From positions 48,297 to 112,296 of IMG/VR virus record IMGVR_UViG_3300047321_000238: DNA of 64,000 nt, one strand, 5' to 3'. The stretch comes from a virus. A program made the position numbers and the translations under genes. Shown here in pieces: positions 48,135 to 57,535 of this stretch (position 1 is its first letter; each line of letters begins with the position of its first letter). The notes under the pieces are model-generated. The model was not told where the DNA came from and ran no database searches. It was given only the letters and a program-made list of their open reading frames with translations.

Positions 48135-48171
48135 CCTCGTGTGAATAGTAGGGTGAGACTCCCAGACGAGG
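48135..48171 (+). other. nested GC-rich hairpin in a 760-bp ORF-free region (47790..48549)
   Basis: CCTCGT...ACGAGG outer stem enclosing an inner GGG-TGAGACT-CCC hairpin. No U-tract follows. Confidence 0.25.
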
Positions 48172-48549
48172 TTAAATAATAATATTAGGCGATAAGAACT
48201 GACGAACTTATCAATTGGATGTCCTAGTGATTGATTTCACGGCATTGTTATAGTAATACATTTATGTAGTTGTTTTAGGGTTAGGAATGGAACAATTAAA
48301 GCTATAATGCTGATATAGATATGAAGACACAATTCAGAATATACTTAGCGTATATTTCATATGAAAACCTTTTTTGCTGATTATGCATTAAGGGTTTTTA
48401 TATTCATCTGTGTCCACAGGAATTCCTTAGCATATATTCTGAAGAGCAACACGCAAGCAATATGACTTATAAATTTAGATATAAGCTATTAAATAAACGT
48501 TTAATGGTTGATATGTAAATTTTATATTTTATAAGGGAGGATTATTAAG

Positions 48550-48828
48550 ATGAGTAATAATAACAGTAGTAGTTCCAGTTCTTCTGGACTAGGTTTCTTA
48601 GGAGCGTTAACATTACTATTCGTAGGGCTAAAGCTAACACACTTCATTGATTGGAGCTGGTGGTGGATAACTGTACCTATATGGGGACCAGTATTAGCAG
48701 TTATAGCTTTCCTAGTTATAACATTCGTTTGTGCAATTCTTAAGAGCATGTATGATGATCATCGTCATGAAAAAAGAATGAAGATACTAAAAGAACAAAT
48801 GGAAAAGTTAAAAGAAAAGACAAGATAG
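48550..48828 (+). CDS. membrane protein with poly-Ser N-terminus and Trp-rich TM helices, 92 aa (holin-like topology)
   Basis: Track ORF with GGGAGGA RBS. Two TM helices and a charged C-terminal tail. Confidence 0.5.
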   Translation: MSNNNSSSSSSSGLGFLGALTLLFVGLKLTHFIDWSWWWITVPIWGPVLAVIAFLVITFVCAILKSMYDDHRHEKRMKILKEQMEKLKEKTR

Positions 48829-48841
48829 GGGAAACATACGA

Positions 48842-48997
48842 ATGACAAATTACAGAGTAATGAAAGTAAAAGTAAAATGTTCTTGTTGTGAAACACCAAC
48901 GATATTATATCATTATTTAGATAAAGTAAGAAAGAAAGAACCATTAAAGCCTATGTACTGTTTTGTATGTAGAAAAAAGAAAGTATATATTTACTAA
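48842..48997 (+). CDS. Zn-ribbon-like small protein, 51 aa
   Basis: CSCC...CFVC. Not in track. Confidence 0.35.
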   Translation: MTNYRVMKVKVKCSCCETPTILYHYLDKVRKKEPLKPMYCFVCRKKKVYIY

Positions 48998-49020
48998 AAC
49001 ATAATAAGGAGGAATATGGC

Positions 49021-49521
49021 ATGAGAACATATGATAGATTTATAAAGGACGAGAAAGATATACACGTACAATGTTATGATGATTTCGGAGGTTCCATGTC
49101 ATCATTCAAAATAGGAGAAAAAGTACCACAAGCTAAAATGAATAATGACTTTCAAATTTCAGCAACTTACGGTGAACATTATAATATATTTGACTACATG
49201 ACATCAGATACCATAATCTTAATTAGATATGGTATTTTTGTTGGCCTAAAATCGACTAAAACCATTGTAGAAACTGAAGTTAAAGATATTTTATGTATTG
49301 ATAAATATGGTAGTGAATTAGAATTAAATACCCAATCCGAGTATATTGAATTTAGAAATGAACAAAATTTAGAGCAACATATAAGAGTAGACTTTTATAA
49401 AAGAATATGTGATAATTTTGATTCATCTGTAGACAAACCAAATACAAAACTTAATCGCCAAGGCATCTTAGATAGTATCGTAGCTAAACTTAGTGGTTTT
49501 AAGCATGGGAGGACTAAATAG
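49021..49521 (+). CDS. hypothetical protein, 166 aa
   Basis: Track ORF with AAGGAGGAA RBS. Confidence 0.5.
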   Translation: MRTYDRFIKDEKDIHVQCYDDFGGSMSSFKIGEKVPQAKMNNDFQISATYGEHYNIFDYMTSDTIILIRYGIFVGLKSTKTIVETEVKDILCIDKYGSELELNTQSEYIEFRNEQNLEQHIRVDFYKRICDNFDSSVDKPNTKLNRQGILDSIVAKLSGFKHGRTK

Positions 49522-49539
49522 TAAAAGAAGGTGATAATA

Positions 49540-49758
49540 ATGGAAGAATTCAAACAAGAATTAAAAAATGCTTTAAAAATTAATAGTTCAGACAGTGTAG
49601 ATGTTATAATAGATACTGAAAAGAAAACTGTATATGGAAGTTTTCATAGCAGGCATGATTCACATCCAGTTACAGAAACTTATACATTAACTGAAGAAGA
49701 ATTAGAAGAATTAATTAGTTATTGCGAAACAAATGACATATGCTATTGTGAAGATTAA
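49540..49758 (+). CDS. hypothetical acidic protein, about 72 aa
   Basis: Track ORF 49531 (GTG). ATG at 49540 after AAGGTGA. Confidence 0.45.
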   Translation: MEEFKQELKNALKINSSDSVDVIIDTEKKTVYGSFHSRHDSHPVTETYTLTEEELEELISYCETNDICYCED

Positions 49759-49783
49759 ATAAATAAATAAATAAATAAATAAA
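49756..49783 (+). repeat. (TAAA)7 microsatellite
   Basis: Seven perfect tandem TAAA units. The first unit contains the stop of the upstream gene. Confidence 0.9.
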
Positions 49784-49797
49784 AAGGTGGAGATATT

Positions 49798-51228
49798 ATG
49801 TTAAAAGATATTAGAAAAAATCCAATTAAGTTAACTGATTGCTATAACTTATCACATGAGGAATTAAAATGTAATACAGACTTTGAAGTTTCTCATATGT
49901 ATAATAGAGCAGACGGAATGTTATTATATGGCTTTAAAGAAATTGCATTAGGTATTCTTAGTATAAAGATTACAGAAGAAATGGTTGAAGATGCAGCAGT
50001 TGATGCTGAAGAATTAAACTTAACTTTCCCTAAAGATTTATGGATGAGAGTAGTTACAGAATGTAGAGGATATGTTCCATTAGAAGTTCAATCAGTTCCA
50101 GAAGGAACATGGTGCCCTAAAGGAACTCCATTTGCTCAAGTAAGAAATACCGTAGAAGGTTTCGGAGAAATGGTTACATGGTTTGAAGGCGTGTTTATGA
50201 TGGCGTATTTCCCATCTACATGTGCAACTAGAGCATTTGAAATGAGAAACTATTTAGAAGAAAAGAAAGAACAATACGGATACGATGATAGCTTTCTATG
50301 GAGATTTCATAGTTTTGGATTCAGAGGACATAAAAGCTTGGAAGATGCGTACTTCGCAGGAACTGCATGGTCAACATTCTTATTAGGAACAGATGATTTC
50401 CATATAAGACAACACATGTCAGAAGATACTGTTATGGGAAGTATTGCAGCGTTAGCTCATAAAGTTACGCAACAATATGATAATGAATATGATTGTTTCA
50501 TTCGTTCAATAGATTATGCAGCTGCAAGCGGTAAGAATATCGTAGCTTTAGTTATAGATACTTACAATGCATATAGAGTTATTCAAGAATATGTGTTAAA
50601 ATTAGCTGAGTATGCTAAAGGAAAAGGAGTTCATATTGTATTTAGACCAGATAGTGGAGACATTTTTGGACAAGCAATGGCTATATATACAAGAGTTTCA
50701 ACTGCAGGTTATAAAAATGTAAGTGTAATAATTGGAGAAGGTATGAGTTTTAATAATGCTAAATCAATGGATAAAAAATTTGAGTTAATGGGAGTGCCAT
50801 TAACATTTATTGCTTATGGTATAGGAGCAGGATTCTATAAAGATATAGAAAGAGATACTTTAGGATGGGCAATGAAGACTGGTTATTCTAATGGAGCTCC
50901 AAGAATGAAAGTAGTTAAGTCGGATCCATTTAAGCAATCAATACCTGGGATTGTAGATTTAATGTACGATGAAGATGATTTAATGACAGTATATATAGAA
51001 AAAGAAGATAATGCTGCTGATTCAATATATGAATGTATATATAGATATGATCTTGATCAAAATACAACACCTTCTATGAAAGACTTATCTTATATTCCTG
51101 CACAAGCTATTAAGGATAGAGCATACAATACTACAGGATATAGAGTTGGAGAAAAAATACAAGAAAGAATAATCATATCTAATGAAATTAAAGAACTTAT
51201 AAATGTAATAACAAAAAAATATGAATAA
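49798..51228 (+). CDS. nadV: nicotinamide phosphoribosyltransferase (NadV/NAMPT family)
   Basis: Blocks EVQSVPEGTWCPKGTPF, FHSFGFRGHKS...GTDDFH, FRPDSGD, IIGEGM, IAYGIGAG align with the NAMPT conserved regions (EIKAVPEG, HDFGYRG, RPDSG, IQGDG, IAFGSGGG). Confidence 0.8.
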   Translation: MLKDIRKNPIKLTDCYNLSHEELKCNTDFEVSHMYNRADGMLLYGFKEIALGILSIKITEEMVEDAAVDAEELNLTFPKDLWMRVVTECRGYVPLEVQSVPEGTWCPKGTPFAQVRNTVEGFGEMVTWFEGVFMMAYFPSTCATRAFEMRNYLEEKKEQYGYDDSFLWRFHSFGFRGHKSLEDAYFAGTAWSTFLLGTDDFHIRQHMSEDTVMGSIAALAHKVTQQYDNEYDCFIRSIDYAAASGKNIVALVIDTYNAYRVIQEYVLKLAEYAKGKGVHIVFRPDSGDIFGQAMAIYTRVSTAGYKNVSVIIGEGMSFNNAKSMDKKFELMGVPLTFIAYGIGAGFYKDIERDTLGWAMKTGYSNGAPRMKVVKSDPFKQSIPGIVDLMYDEDDLMTVYIEKEDNAADSIYECIYRYDLDQNTTPSMKDLSYIPAQAIKDRAYNTTGYRVGEKIQERIIISNEIKELINVITKKYE

Positions 51229-51949
51229 AACAGGAGATAAAACAATGGACATATATTTAATCTGTGAAAATAACAAAGACGTTGAAGATTACTTAACGGT
51301 TGGTAAAGAATATAAAGTAATAAGCATGTTTCCTAAAACTGGACTAATTCTAGTAAAAAGCGATACAGGATTAGTTGAACATGTAAAAGAAAGTAGATTC
51401 AAAGTAAGAAAGGATGATAGTATGAAAACATGTTATAAACCATTTATTATCGAGATAAACGTAGAAGGTAAAGAAGCTTCAGGACATATATCATATGTAG
51501 ATGAAAATTTACCAACAATGGATTCAATGAATGAATTCTTAAATATACCATCACCATTTGGAATAGATTTAAAATTAACAAAAACAGGTAGAGGTACTAG
51601 AGTATTCTTCTTTGATAAAGATGGATCAGATAAAGCTTTAGCTAACAATATGGAAGCTTTAGAGTTTGCTTATTTAATTAAGAAGACAATAGTATTGTAT
51701 AATATATTGCTACAAAACAAAGAATATGTAGTAAAGACAGTTTATGATGTACAATTTCAACCTGAAGGAAAACTATATACATTCAGAAGTACTGATAGCC
51801 CAATAATTGGACAACTTGTAGTATGCAATAGTTGTAATGGTAAAGATTATGGTATGGTAGTAGCAATTAAAGAAGAATCAGAACATGAATATAATTCAAG
51901 AGCATATTGTACAACATCTAATATTCTGTCACGAAGAGCACCATTTTAA
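51221..51949 (+). CDS. hypothetical protein, 242 aa
   Basis: Track ORF. Confidence 0.5.
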   Translation: MNKTGDKTMDIYLICENNKDVEDYLTVGKEYKVISMFPKTGLILVKSDTGLVEHVKESRFKVRKDDSMKTCYKPFIIEINVEGKEASGHISYVDENLPTMDSMNEFLNIPSPFGIDLKLTKTGRGTRVFFFDKDGSDKALANNMEALEFAYLIKKTIVLYNILLQNKEYVVKTVYDVQFQPEGKLYTFRSTDSPIIGQLVVCNSCNGKDYGMVVAIKEESEHEYNSRAYCTTSNILSRRAPF

Positions 51950-51964
51950 TTTAAATAGAATAGC

Positions 51965-51995
51965 TGGAGACTTAAAACCTCTGGCTTTTTTATAA
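51965..51995 (+). terminator. putative rho-independent terminator
   Basis: GCUGGAGACUUAAAACCUCUGGC (7-bp stem with G-U pairs) followed by UUUUUUAU. Confidence 0.4.
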
Positions 51996-52025
51996 AATAA
52001 ATAGATGAATAGGAGTGAATGTAAA

Positions 52026-52328
52026 ATGAATAAAAAGAAAAAATTTAGAGAAAACATAATAGTAAGAGCACAGGATTGTGGCAAACATATAACAGAGACA
52101 GGCGATACTTTAAGAACAACAGCGAAATTATTTGGTTGTTCAAAATCAACAGTACACAAAGACATAAATGATAGATTATTATTCATCAATAAAAGATTGT
52201 ATAATAAAGCTAGAAAGGTACTAGAAAAGAATTTAGCTGAGAGAAATTTAAGAGGAGGATTAGCTACTAAGAATAAATATGCTAATTCAGGCAAAGACAA
52301 TAACATATTAGATAAAAGCAAAAGCTAA
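52026..52328 (+). CDS. spoIIID: SpoIIID-like sporulation transcriptional regulator
   Basis: AKLFGCSKSTVHKDINDRL and RNLRGGLATKNKY match B. subtilis SpoIIID (AKEFGVSKSTVHKDLTERL...RHLRGGEATKLKY) along the whole length. Start after AGGAGTG. Confidence 0.75.
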   Translation: MNKKKKFRENIIVRAQDCGKHITETGDTLRTTAKLFGCSKSTVHKDINDRLLFINKRLYNKARKVLEKNLAERNLRGGLATKNKYANSGKDNNILDKSKS

Positions 52329-52654
52329 TGGAACTATTGGCATACGTAAGGAAAATTTGGTTAAGAAAACATTCTAAAGGAAAGTGGGAGACTAAAGATG
52401 GATCAGAACAGTATGTTGAAGAACTTACTGATGACCATCTAATGAGGATCCCACATTTCATTTGGAAACAATATCGTAGCTATTCAAAAACAATGATTTC
52501 AGATGTGATCAAAGAAGAAATAGAAGAAAGAAATATGTATATTGACTATGATAACGAATGTAAAGTAAGACGTAATCATCCAGCTCTTAAAGCAATTTCC
52601 TCTAAATCTAATGTCGCTAAAAAGAAAACACATAATAAAATATTTTATAAATAA
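52328..52654 (+). CDS. hypothetical protein, 108 aa
   Basis: Track ORF. TAATG overlap with the upstream gene. Confidence 0.5.
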   Translation: MELLAYVRKIWLRKHSKGKWETKDGSEQYVEELTDDHLMRIPHFIWKQYRSYSKTMISDVIKEEIEERNMYIDYDNECKVRRNHPALKAISSKSNVAKKKTHNKIFYK

Positions 52655-52675
52655 GAAATTAAATGAGGAAGCAAT

Positions 52676-53224
52676 ATGACAAAAGAAGAGTTTAAAGCGA
52701 TGATAATAGAAAACTATATAAAAGGGAAAAAAATAGTTTTTGTTAACATTGGAACAGAAAAATATATAGGAGATAGTTTTGCACCATTATTAGGTTCTAT
52801 GCTACAATGTAAACTAGATATTATTAAGATATATGGAACATTAGATGAAACAATTAATGGCAGAAACATGATAGAAGAATTAGAACATATTAATAAGAAA
52901 TATAAGAATGATTTTATAATAGGAGTTGACGCAGCGTTTTCTGATGATTACGATAATTGTAATGAAGATTTTATAATACGTAAAGAATCTTTTAAGCCAG
53001 GCGAAGGAGTTGGTAAAAACCATCTACCACACATTGGAAATGCATGTATTAAATTTTGTATCAGAAATGACGAAGAAGATCATTTTGATTCATTAAAAAA
53101 ACCAAACATCAAAGAAATATATAATAGAACAAAGAAAGCAGCAGACTTCATATTTGAAATAGATGAAGAACTAAAAGCGTTGGAGGTGCAATATGAAGAC
53201 AGAGATAGTCATTACACTGAGTAA
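52676..53224 (+). CDS. YyaC-like putative sporulation protease (DUF1256/GPR-like)
   Basis: VFVNIGTEKYIGDSFAPLLGSML parallels the YyaC signature CIGTDRSTGDSLGPLVG. Confidence 0.55.
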   Translation: MTKEEFKAMIIENYIKGKKIVFVNIGTEKYIGDSFAPLLGSMLQCKLDIIKIYGTLDETINGRNMIEELEHINKKYKNDFIIGVDAAFSDDYDNCNEDFIIRKESFKPGEGVGKNHLPHIGNACIKFCIRNDEEDHFDSLKKPNIKEIYNRTKKAADFIFEIDEELKALEVQYEDRDSHYTE

Positions 53225-53396
53225 AGATGAATATGATCAAAAAATAGCAGAGCTTGAAGCATTAATAGCTGATCTTGATGTGCAGTATAATTTTATATTA
53301 AATCACACAAACGATAGTGAAATCATACATGCTTTAATAAATATCAAGAAGGCTTTTATTAAGATGCGTGAAGAATTAATTATTTATGAAATTTAA
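53193..53396 (+). CDS. hypothetical protein, 67 aa
   Basis: Track ORF. Overlaps the previous gene by 32 nt. Confidence 0.4.
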   Translation: MKTEIVITLSKDEYDQKIAELEALIADLDVQYNFILNHTNDSEIIHALINIKKAFIKMREELIIYEI

Positions 53397-53763
53397 AGTA
53401 ATAGTAGCTGGAGGTAGACTTTTTGATGACTATGAGCTATTAAAAGAATGTTTGGACATGTTACTTACTTTATACGTAATGTACGGGTATGAAATAGTTA
53501 TAGTATCTGGCACAGCAAAAGGTGCAGATACACTAGGTGAAAGATATGCTAAAGAAAGAGGCTACGAAATTATACGAATGCCTGCAGACTGGAGTATCGG
53601 TAAAAGTGCTGGTTATAGACGCAATGCGGATATGGCTGACATAGCTGATGCTTCAGTTTGTTTTTGGTCAGGTTCTAAAGGAACGGGCCATATGATAGAT
53701 TTATCAAAAAGTAAAGGATTAGATTATAGAATAATAGAGTACGAGGAGGAAGAGTATGAATAG
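53386..53763 (+). CDS. SLOG/DUF2493 (DprA-like Rossmann) family protein
   Basis: IVSGTAKGADTLGERYA...ADWSIGKSAGYRRNADMADIADASVCFWSGSKGTGHMI fits the SLOG nucleotide-binding pattern. Confidence 0.5.
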   Translation: MKFKVIVAGGRLFDDYELLKECLDMLLTLYVMYGYEIVIVSGTAKGADTLGERYAKERGYEIIRMPADWSIGKSAGYRRNADMADIADASVCFWSGSKGTGHMIDLSKSKGLDYRIIEYEEEEYE

Positions 53764-53974
53764 CATGGATATATATAGCGAAGAAGGAACTAAAGTAAGA
53801 TTTAGAAATAAAGGTGGATATGATAGTGAACCAAAAAATGCAGTTAAAGCAAGATTAGTTGAAGGAGAAATATATACTGTAAATTTTACTAATGTTGGTG
53901 GTTGGTCAAGTGACGTTATATTAAAAGAATTTCCAGGTAGAAGATTTAATACTGTAATGTTTGAGGAGGTATAA
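53756..53974 (+). CDS. hypothetical protein, 72 aa
   Basis: Track ORF. Confidence 0.45.
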   Translation: MNSMDIYSEEGTKVRFRNKGGYDSEPKNAVKARLVEGEIYTVNFTNVGGWSSDVILKEFPGRRFNTVMFEEV

Positions 53975-53975
53975 T

Positions 53976-54266
53976 ATGCAATATGAATTATCTGATGAAG
54001 AAAAACTAGAAGTAGTAAAAAAAAGATTAAATGCTCTTAATTTAAATGTAACCAGAAGTGGATCTAATTTAACTTTATTTAACATGGACAATGGAGAAAT
54101 CAATCTAAGTATCTTTGATGAAGTAAACGATAGAGCTTATGCTATGTCATTAAATGATGAAGCTTTAGATGAAATGTATAAATATTTAAAACAAAGACAT
54201 GAATTAAAAAAAGAATTAGATTACTTAGAAAAACCTAGAGTAACAAGAAAAAGAGGACCTTTTTAA
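53976..54266 (+). CDS. hypothetical protein, 96 aa
   Basis: ATG after GAGGAGG. Track start is 53961. Confidence 0.5.
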   Translation: MQYELSDEEKLEVVKKRLNALNLNVTRSGSNLTLFNMDNGEINLSIFDEVNDRAYAMSLNDEALDEMYKYLKQRHELKKELDYLEKPRVTRKRGPF

Positions 54267-54292
54267 ATAAAATAATTATGGGGGAAAATAAA

Positions 54293-54760
54293 ATGAATCA
54301 CTTGATTGTATATTTAGATGAAAACAAAAATATGATAAATGAGATACATGATAGTGCAGCAATAAGCCTATCAATAATACACGCAAATCTAATAGCATAT
54401 AGGAATAATAGACAAGTCTTAAATGTTAAGATGTTTAATGCAAAAGAACTTATACTTAAAGCAATTAAAGAAGAAAAAATAGATACTGTAATAAACACGA
54501 TTATAGCGTATAATGAAGATAATAAGTATATATTAAACAAGGTAGCAGATTTAGCTGTTAATGATGGAATAATATTTAAACAAGAAGAATTCGAAAATAG
54601 CGTGATACAATTTTTAGAACTTGATGAGTATCTTATAGCTTTGTATGGAATATATAATGCGTATGGAATTATTGATTTCAAAAGTATCCATGTTAAGAAT
54701 AAAAATTTAGTAATAATAATGGACAAGGAGATAGATAATGGAGAGAAAAGAGCTGTTTAG
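54293..54760 (+). CDS. hypothetical protein, 155 aa
   Basis: ATG after GGGGGAAAA. Track start is 54278. Confidence 0.5.
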   Translation: MNHLIVYLDENKNMINEIHDSAAISLSIIHANLIAYRNNRQVLNVKMFNAKELILKAIKEEKIDTVINTIIAYNEDNKYILNKVADLAVNDGIIFKQEEFENSVIQFLELDEYLIALYGIYNAYGIIDFKSIHVKNKNLVIIMDKEIDNGEKRAV

Positions 54761-55499
54761 AGCATTGTTTGGTTCAGATAATTATGATCTTTCAATGAAA
54801 GCAAATGAAAAGTTAAAGATACCAGCTAGCGATAAAGACTATAAGGTATTCTTAGTGCCATCATTTGATGACCTATATACAAAAAAGGAATATTCTTTTG
54901 ATGAAATTACCGAGACTGTAGATCTTGTATATAGTGATATAAGAAAGTTAGAAAGAGTTTCTACAAATCTTAATTGGTTAGAAATATTCTTTAGTAAAGA
55001 GATAATATATAATCCAACTTTATCTATAAGAGAAAGACAATTATTAAATTTAATATTTAATATGAGACATGATATAGTACGTATGAATTTAGCATATTTC
55101 TTTGATTCATGTATGGGAATGCATATAGAACGTGTAAAAAGATTACACAAATATTCTGCTTCATGTTTATATATGAAAGACTTATACGGATATAATATCA
55201 AAGAAGCATTACATGCTTATAGGGTGCCAGATACTGCAATTAGATTTGCAGATGGTGGATTTAAAGATTTAGGTGCTGCGTTGAGATATGAAGGTGAATC
55301 AAAAGACTTTATGATGAAGATCAGACACGGAGAGATATCTGAAGAAGTAATGATTAAAACATTAGATGGTATAAAAAATTATGCTAATGAAAAATATCAA
55401 GAAGCATATCATGCATTTGCTAAAAATGAAGAAGTTGAAGTAAAATTAAAAGCAATAATATATGAGTTAGTTAAAATAAATGTAGTTAAGGGGGAATAA
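54738..55499 (+). CDS. hypothetical protein, 253 aa
   Basis: Track ORF. Confidence 0.55.
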   Translation: MERKELFRALFGSDNYDLSMKANEKLKIPASDKDYKVFLVPSFDDLYTKKEYSFDEITETVDLVYSDIRKLERVSTNLNWLEIFFSKEIIYNPTLSIRERQLLNLIFNMRHDIVRMNLAYFFDSCMGMHIERVKRLHKYSASCLYMKDLYGYNIKEALHAYRVPDTAIRFADGGFKDLGAALRYEGESKDFMMKIRHGEISEEVMIKTLDGIKNYANEKYQEAYHAFAKNEEVEVKLKAIIYELVKINVVKGE

Positions 55500-55501
55500 C
55501 A

Positions 55502-56068
55502 TTGAGAGAATGTAATATATGCAAAAAGGAATTAAAAGAATCAGAGTACCAATTATGTGAAGGTTGTAAGACTGTTGGCAATGAATTTTTTAAAGTAAAA
55601 GGATCTGTAAGTAAACCTACAAAGAAATTAAATAGAGAAGAATATTACTTAGGAATAGCTAAAGCTGTTTCAGTAGGTGGTACATGCCTTAGACGTAACT
55701 ATGGTGCCATTATAGTAAACAACGATGAGATTATATCTACTGGTTATACAGGAGCTCCTAGAGGTAACGCTAACTGTTGTGACTTAGGAGTTTGTGAAAG
55801 GCAAAGATTAAAGATTGCTCCTGGAGAAAGATATGAATTATGCAAATCAGTTCATGCTGAACAAAATGCAATAATATCAGCATCTAGACAAGAAATGCTT
55901 GGAGCTACATTATATCTATATGGATATGATAAAGAAAAGGATTGTGAAATACTTGTAGCTCAACCGTGTGATTTATGTAGTAGAATGATTATAAATGCTG
56001 GAATATCTAAAGTAGTAGCAGCAAATTATATATGGTATCCATCAGCTAATAGAAAGTATATAGAATAG
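55502..56068 (+). CDS. dCMP/cytidine deaminase-family protein with N-terminal Zn-ribbon
   Basis: TTG start after AAGGGGGAA. HAEQNAI and PCDLC zinc-ligand motifs. Confidence 0.75.
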   Translation: MRECNICKKELKESEYQLCEGCKTVGNEFFKVKGSVSKPTKKLNREEYYLGIAKAVSVGGTCLRRNYGAIIVNNDEIISTGYTGAPRGNANCCDLGVCERQRLKIAPGERYELCKSVHAEQNAIISASRQEMLGATLYLYGYDKEKDCEILVAQPCDLCSRMIINAGISKVVAANYIWYPSANRKYIE

Positions 56069-56078
56069 AGGTGATTGC

Positions 56079-56327
56079 ATGGATATAGAAATGAGAAGTC
56101 CTTATCTTGAAGTAATTGAAATTAAAAGAAAGATTACTGCAGAATTATTTAAAGATTTAAAAGTCGGACATAAAATTAGATTATCTCAAATAATCGAAAA
56201 AGGAAGATCAGGATATGTAGCAAAAATAACAGTTACTAACGATGAAAACGGTAAAAAAATAACTAAAACTATGCATGAATTGTGCAATATTTTAGATAGT
56301 TTTAGATTAGTATCAGTAAATAGATAG
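56079..56327 (+). CDS. hypothetical protein, 82 aa
   Basis: Track ORF with GAGGTGA RBS. Confidence 0.45.
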   Translation: MDIEMRSPYLEVIEIKRKITAELFKDLKVGHKIRLSQIIEKGRSGYVAKITVTNDENGKKITKTMHELCNILDSFRLVSVNR

Positions 56328-56339
56328 GAGATGTTTATA

Positions 56340-56510
56340 ATGAGTAATAAATTTCAAAGAGCTGTGAGTAAAGAAGTATTAAGAAGAGTGAGTAAAGAAC
56401 TTGATGTTGAAGGTTATGGTGTTAATAAGATTAGATCAATAATTAATCTTGATATTGGAAAAATTCAAAGAGAAGTTCGTAAAGAAATTAGAAAAGGTCC
56501 AAGGTTATAA
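56340..56510 (+). CDS. small basic protein, 56 aa (MSNKFQR N-terminus)
   Basis: AGGAGATG upstream. Shares its N-terminus with 58180..58368. Not in track. Confidence 0.4.
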   Translation: MSNKFQRAVSKEVLRRVSKELDVEGYGVNKIRSIINLDIGKIQREVRKEIRKGPRL

Positions 56511-56530
56511 AATATTAGGGGGAAATAATA

Positions 56531-56824
56531 TTGAACAAATATCAAAATAATATTAAGAAATTAACATTAAAAAAAATGGCAGATATATATAAAAATTTTA
56601 TTAAAGAGCATGGAACTTATAGAGAAATGTTAAATAGTGTTACTACTGAAAAAGAATATGTATTTCATATTGATATGAAAAATCCAGTAGTAAGTAAATA
56701 TTGTGACGCTGCTGATATTGCATTTAAATCTTTTGAAGTAACAAGAAAAGAAGTTCGTAAAGGTCTAAAAGATAACAAAAAGGCATTAAATTTATTAAAA
56801 AAAATGGAGCCTGTAAATTATTAA
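56531..56824 (+). CDS. hypothetical basic protein, 97 aa
   Basis: TTG start after GGGGGAAA. EVRKGLKDN motif related to 56340..56510. Confidence 0.45.
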   Translation: MNKYQNNIKKLTLKKMADIYKNFIKEHGTYREMLNSVTTEKEYVFHIDMKNPVVSKYCDAADIAFKSFEVTRKEVRKGLKDNKKALNLLKKMEPVNY

Positions 56825-56845
56825 TAAATAAGACATTAGGGGGAA

Positions 56846-57535
56846 ATGATATTGAATAAAATAAATGATTTTTTTAAAGGATGGACAAAGCTAGATTTTG
56901 CTTGGCTATTAATAGCTAATGCAATCATGTTAGGATTATCTATCAGAAATGGTGATACAGTAGTATCTATGATATGTGCTGTAACAGGAATAGTTAGTGT
57001 TATATTTGCAAGTAAGCAAATGACAGCTAATTATGTAGTAGGACTTATAAATGTAGCGTTATATGCTTATCTTTCATATCAAGCCAAATTATATGGAGAT
57101 TTTCAATTAAATGCTTTCTTCTATGTACCAATGCAATTCATAGGATATTATATGTGGAATAAAGCTAAAAACAAATCATCAGAACATAAAGTTGAAGCTA
57201 AAAGACTAACTGGAGAGCAAGCTATATTTATATCAGTAGGAACAATAGGAACTATATTGGTATACGCTAAAATATTAGATATGCTTAGAGGAAATATAAC
57301 TTTAATCGATTCAGCCTCTACAGTACTATCAGTGATAGCTATGATATTAATGGTTAAACAATATACTGAACAATGGTATATGTGGGTTCTTGTTAATATA
57401 GTATCTATAGTAATGTGGGTAGTATCTTTATCACAAGGCACAGGAGATTTGGCTACATTATTAATGTGGGTAGTTTTCTTAATTAATTCTATATTTGGAT
57501 TAGTTAATTGGAGAAAGGCTAGTAAGAAGGCTTAA
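56846..57535 (+). CDS. pnuC: nicotinamide riboside transporter PnuC
   Basis: Seven TM helices. LSVIAMILMVKQYTEQWYMWVLVNIVSIV aligns closely with PnuC (LSIVAMILMTRKYVENWLLWVIINVISVV). GLINVALYAYL matches GLINVTLFG. Confidence 0.8.
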   Translation: MILNKINDFFKGWTKLDFAWLLIANAIMLGLSIRNGDTVVSMICAVTGIVSVIFASKQMTANYVVGLINVALYAYLSYQAKLYGDFQLNAFFYVPMQFIGYYMWNKAKNKSSEHKVEAKRLTGEQAIFISVGTIGTILVYAKILDMLRGNITLIDSASTVLSVIAMILMVKQYTEQWYMWVLVNIVSIVMWVVSLSQGTGDLATLLMWVVFLINSIFGLVNWRKASKKA

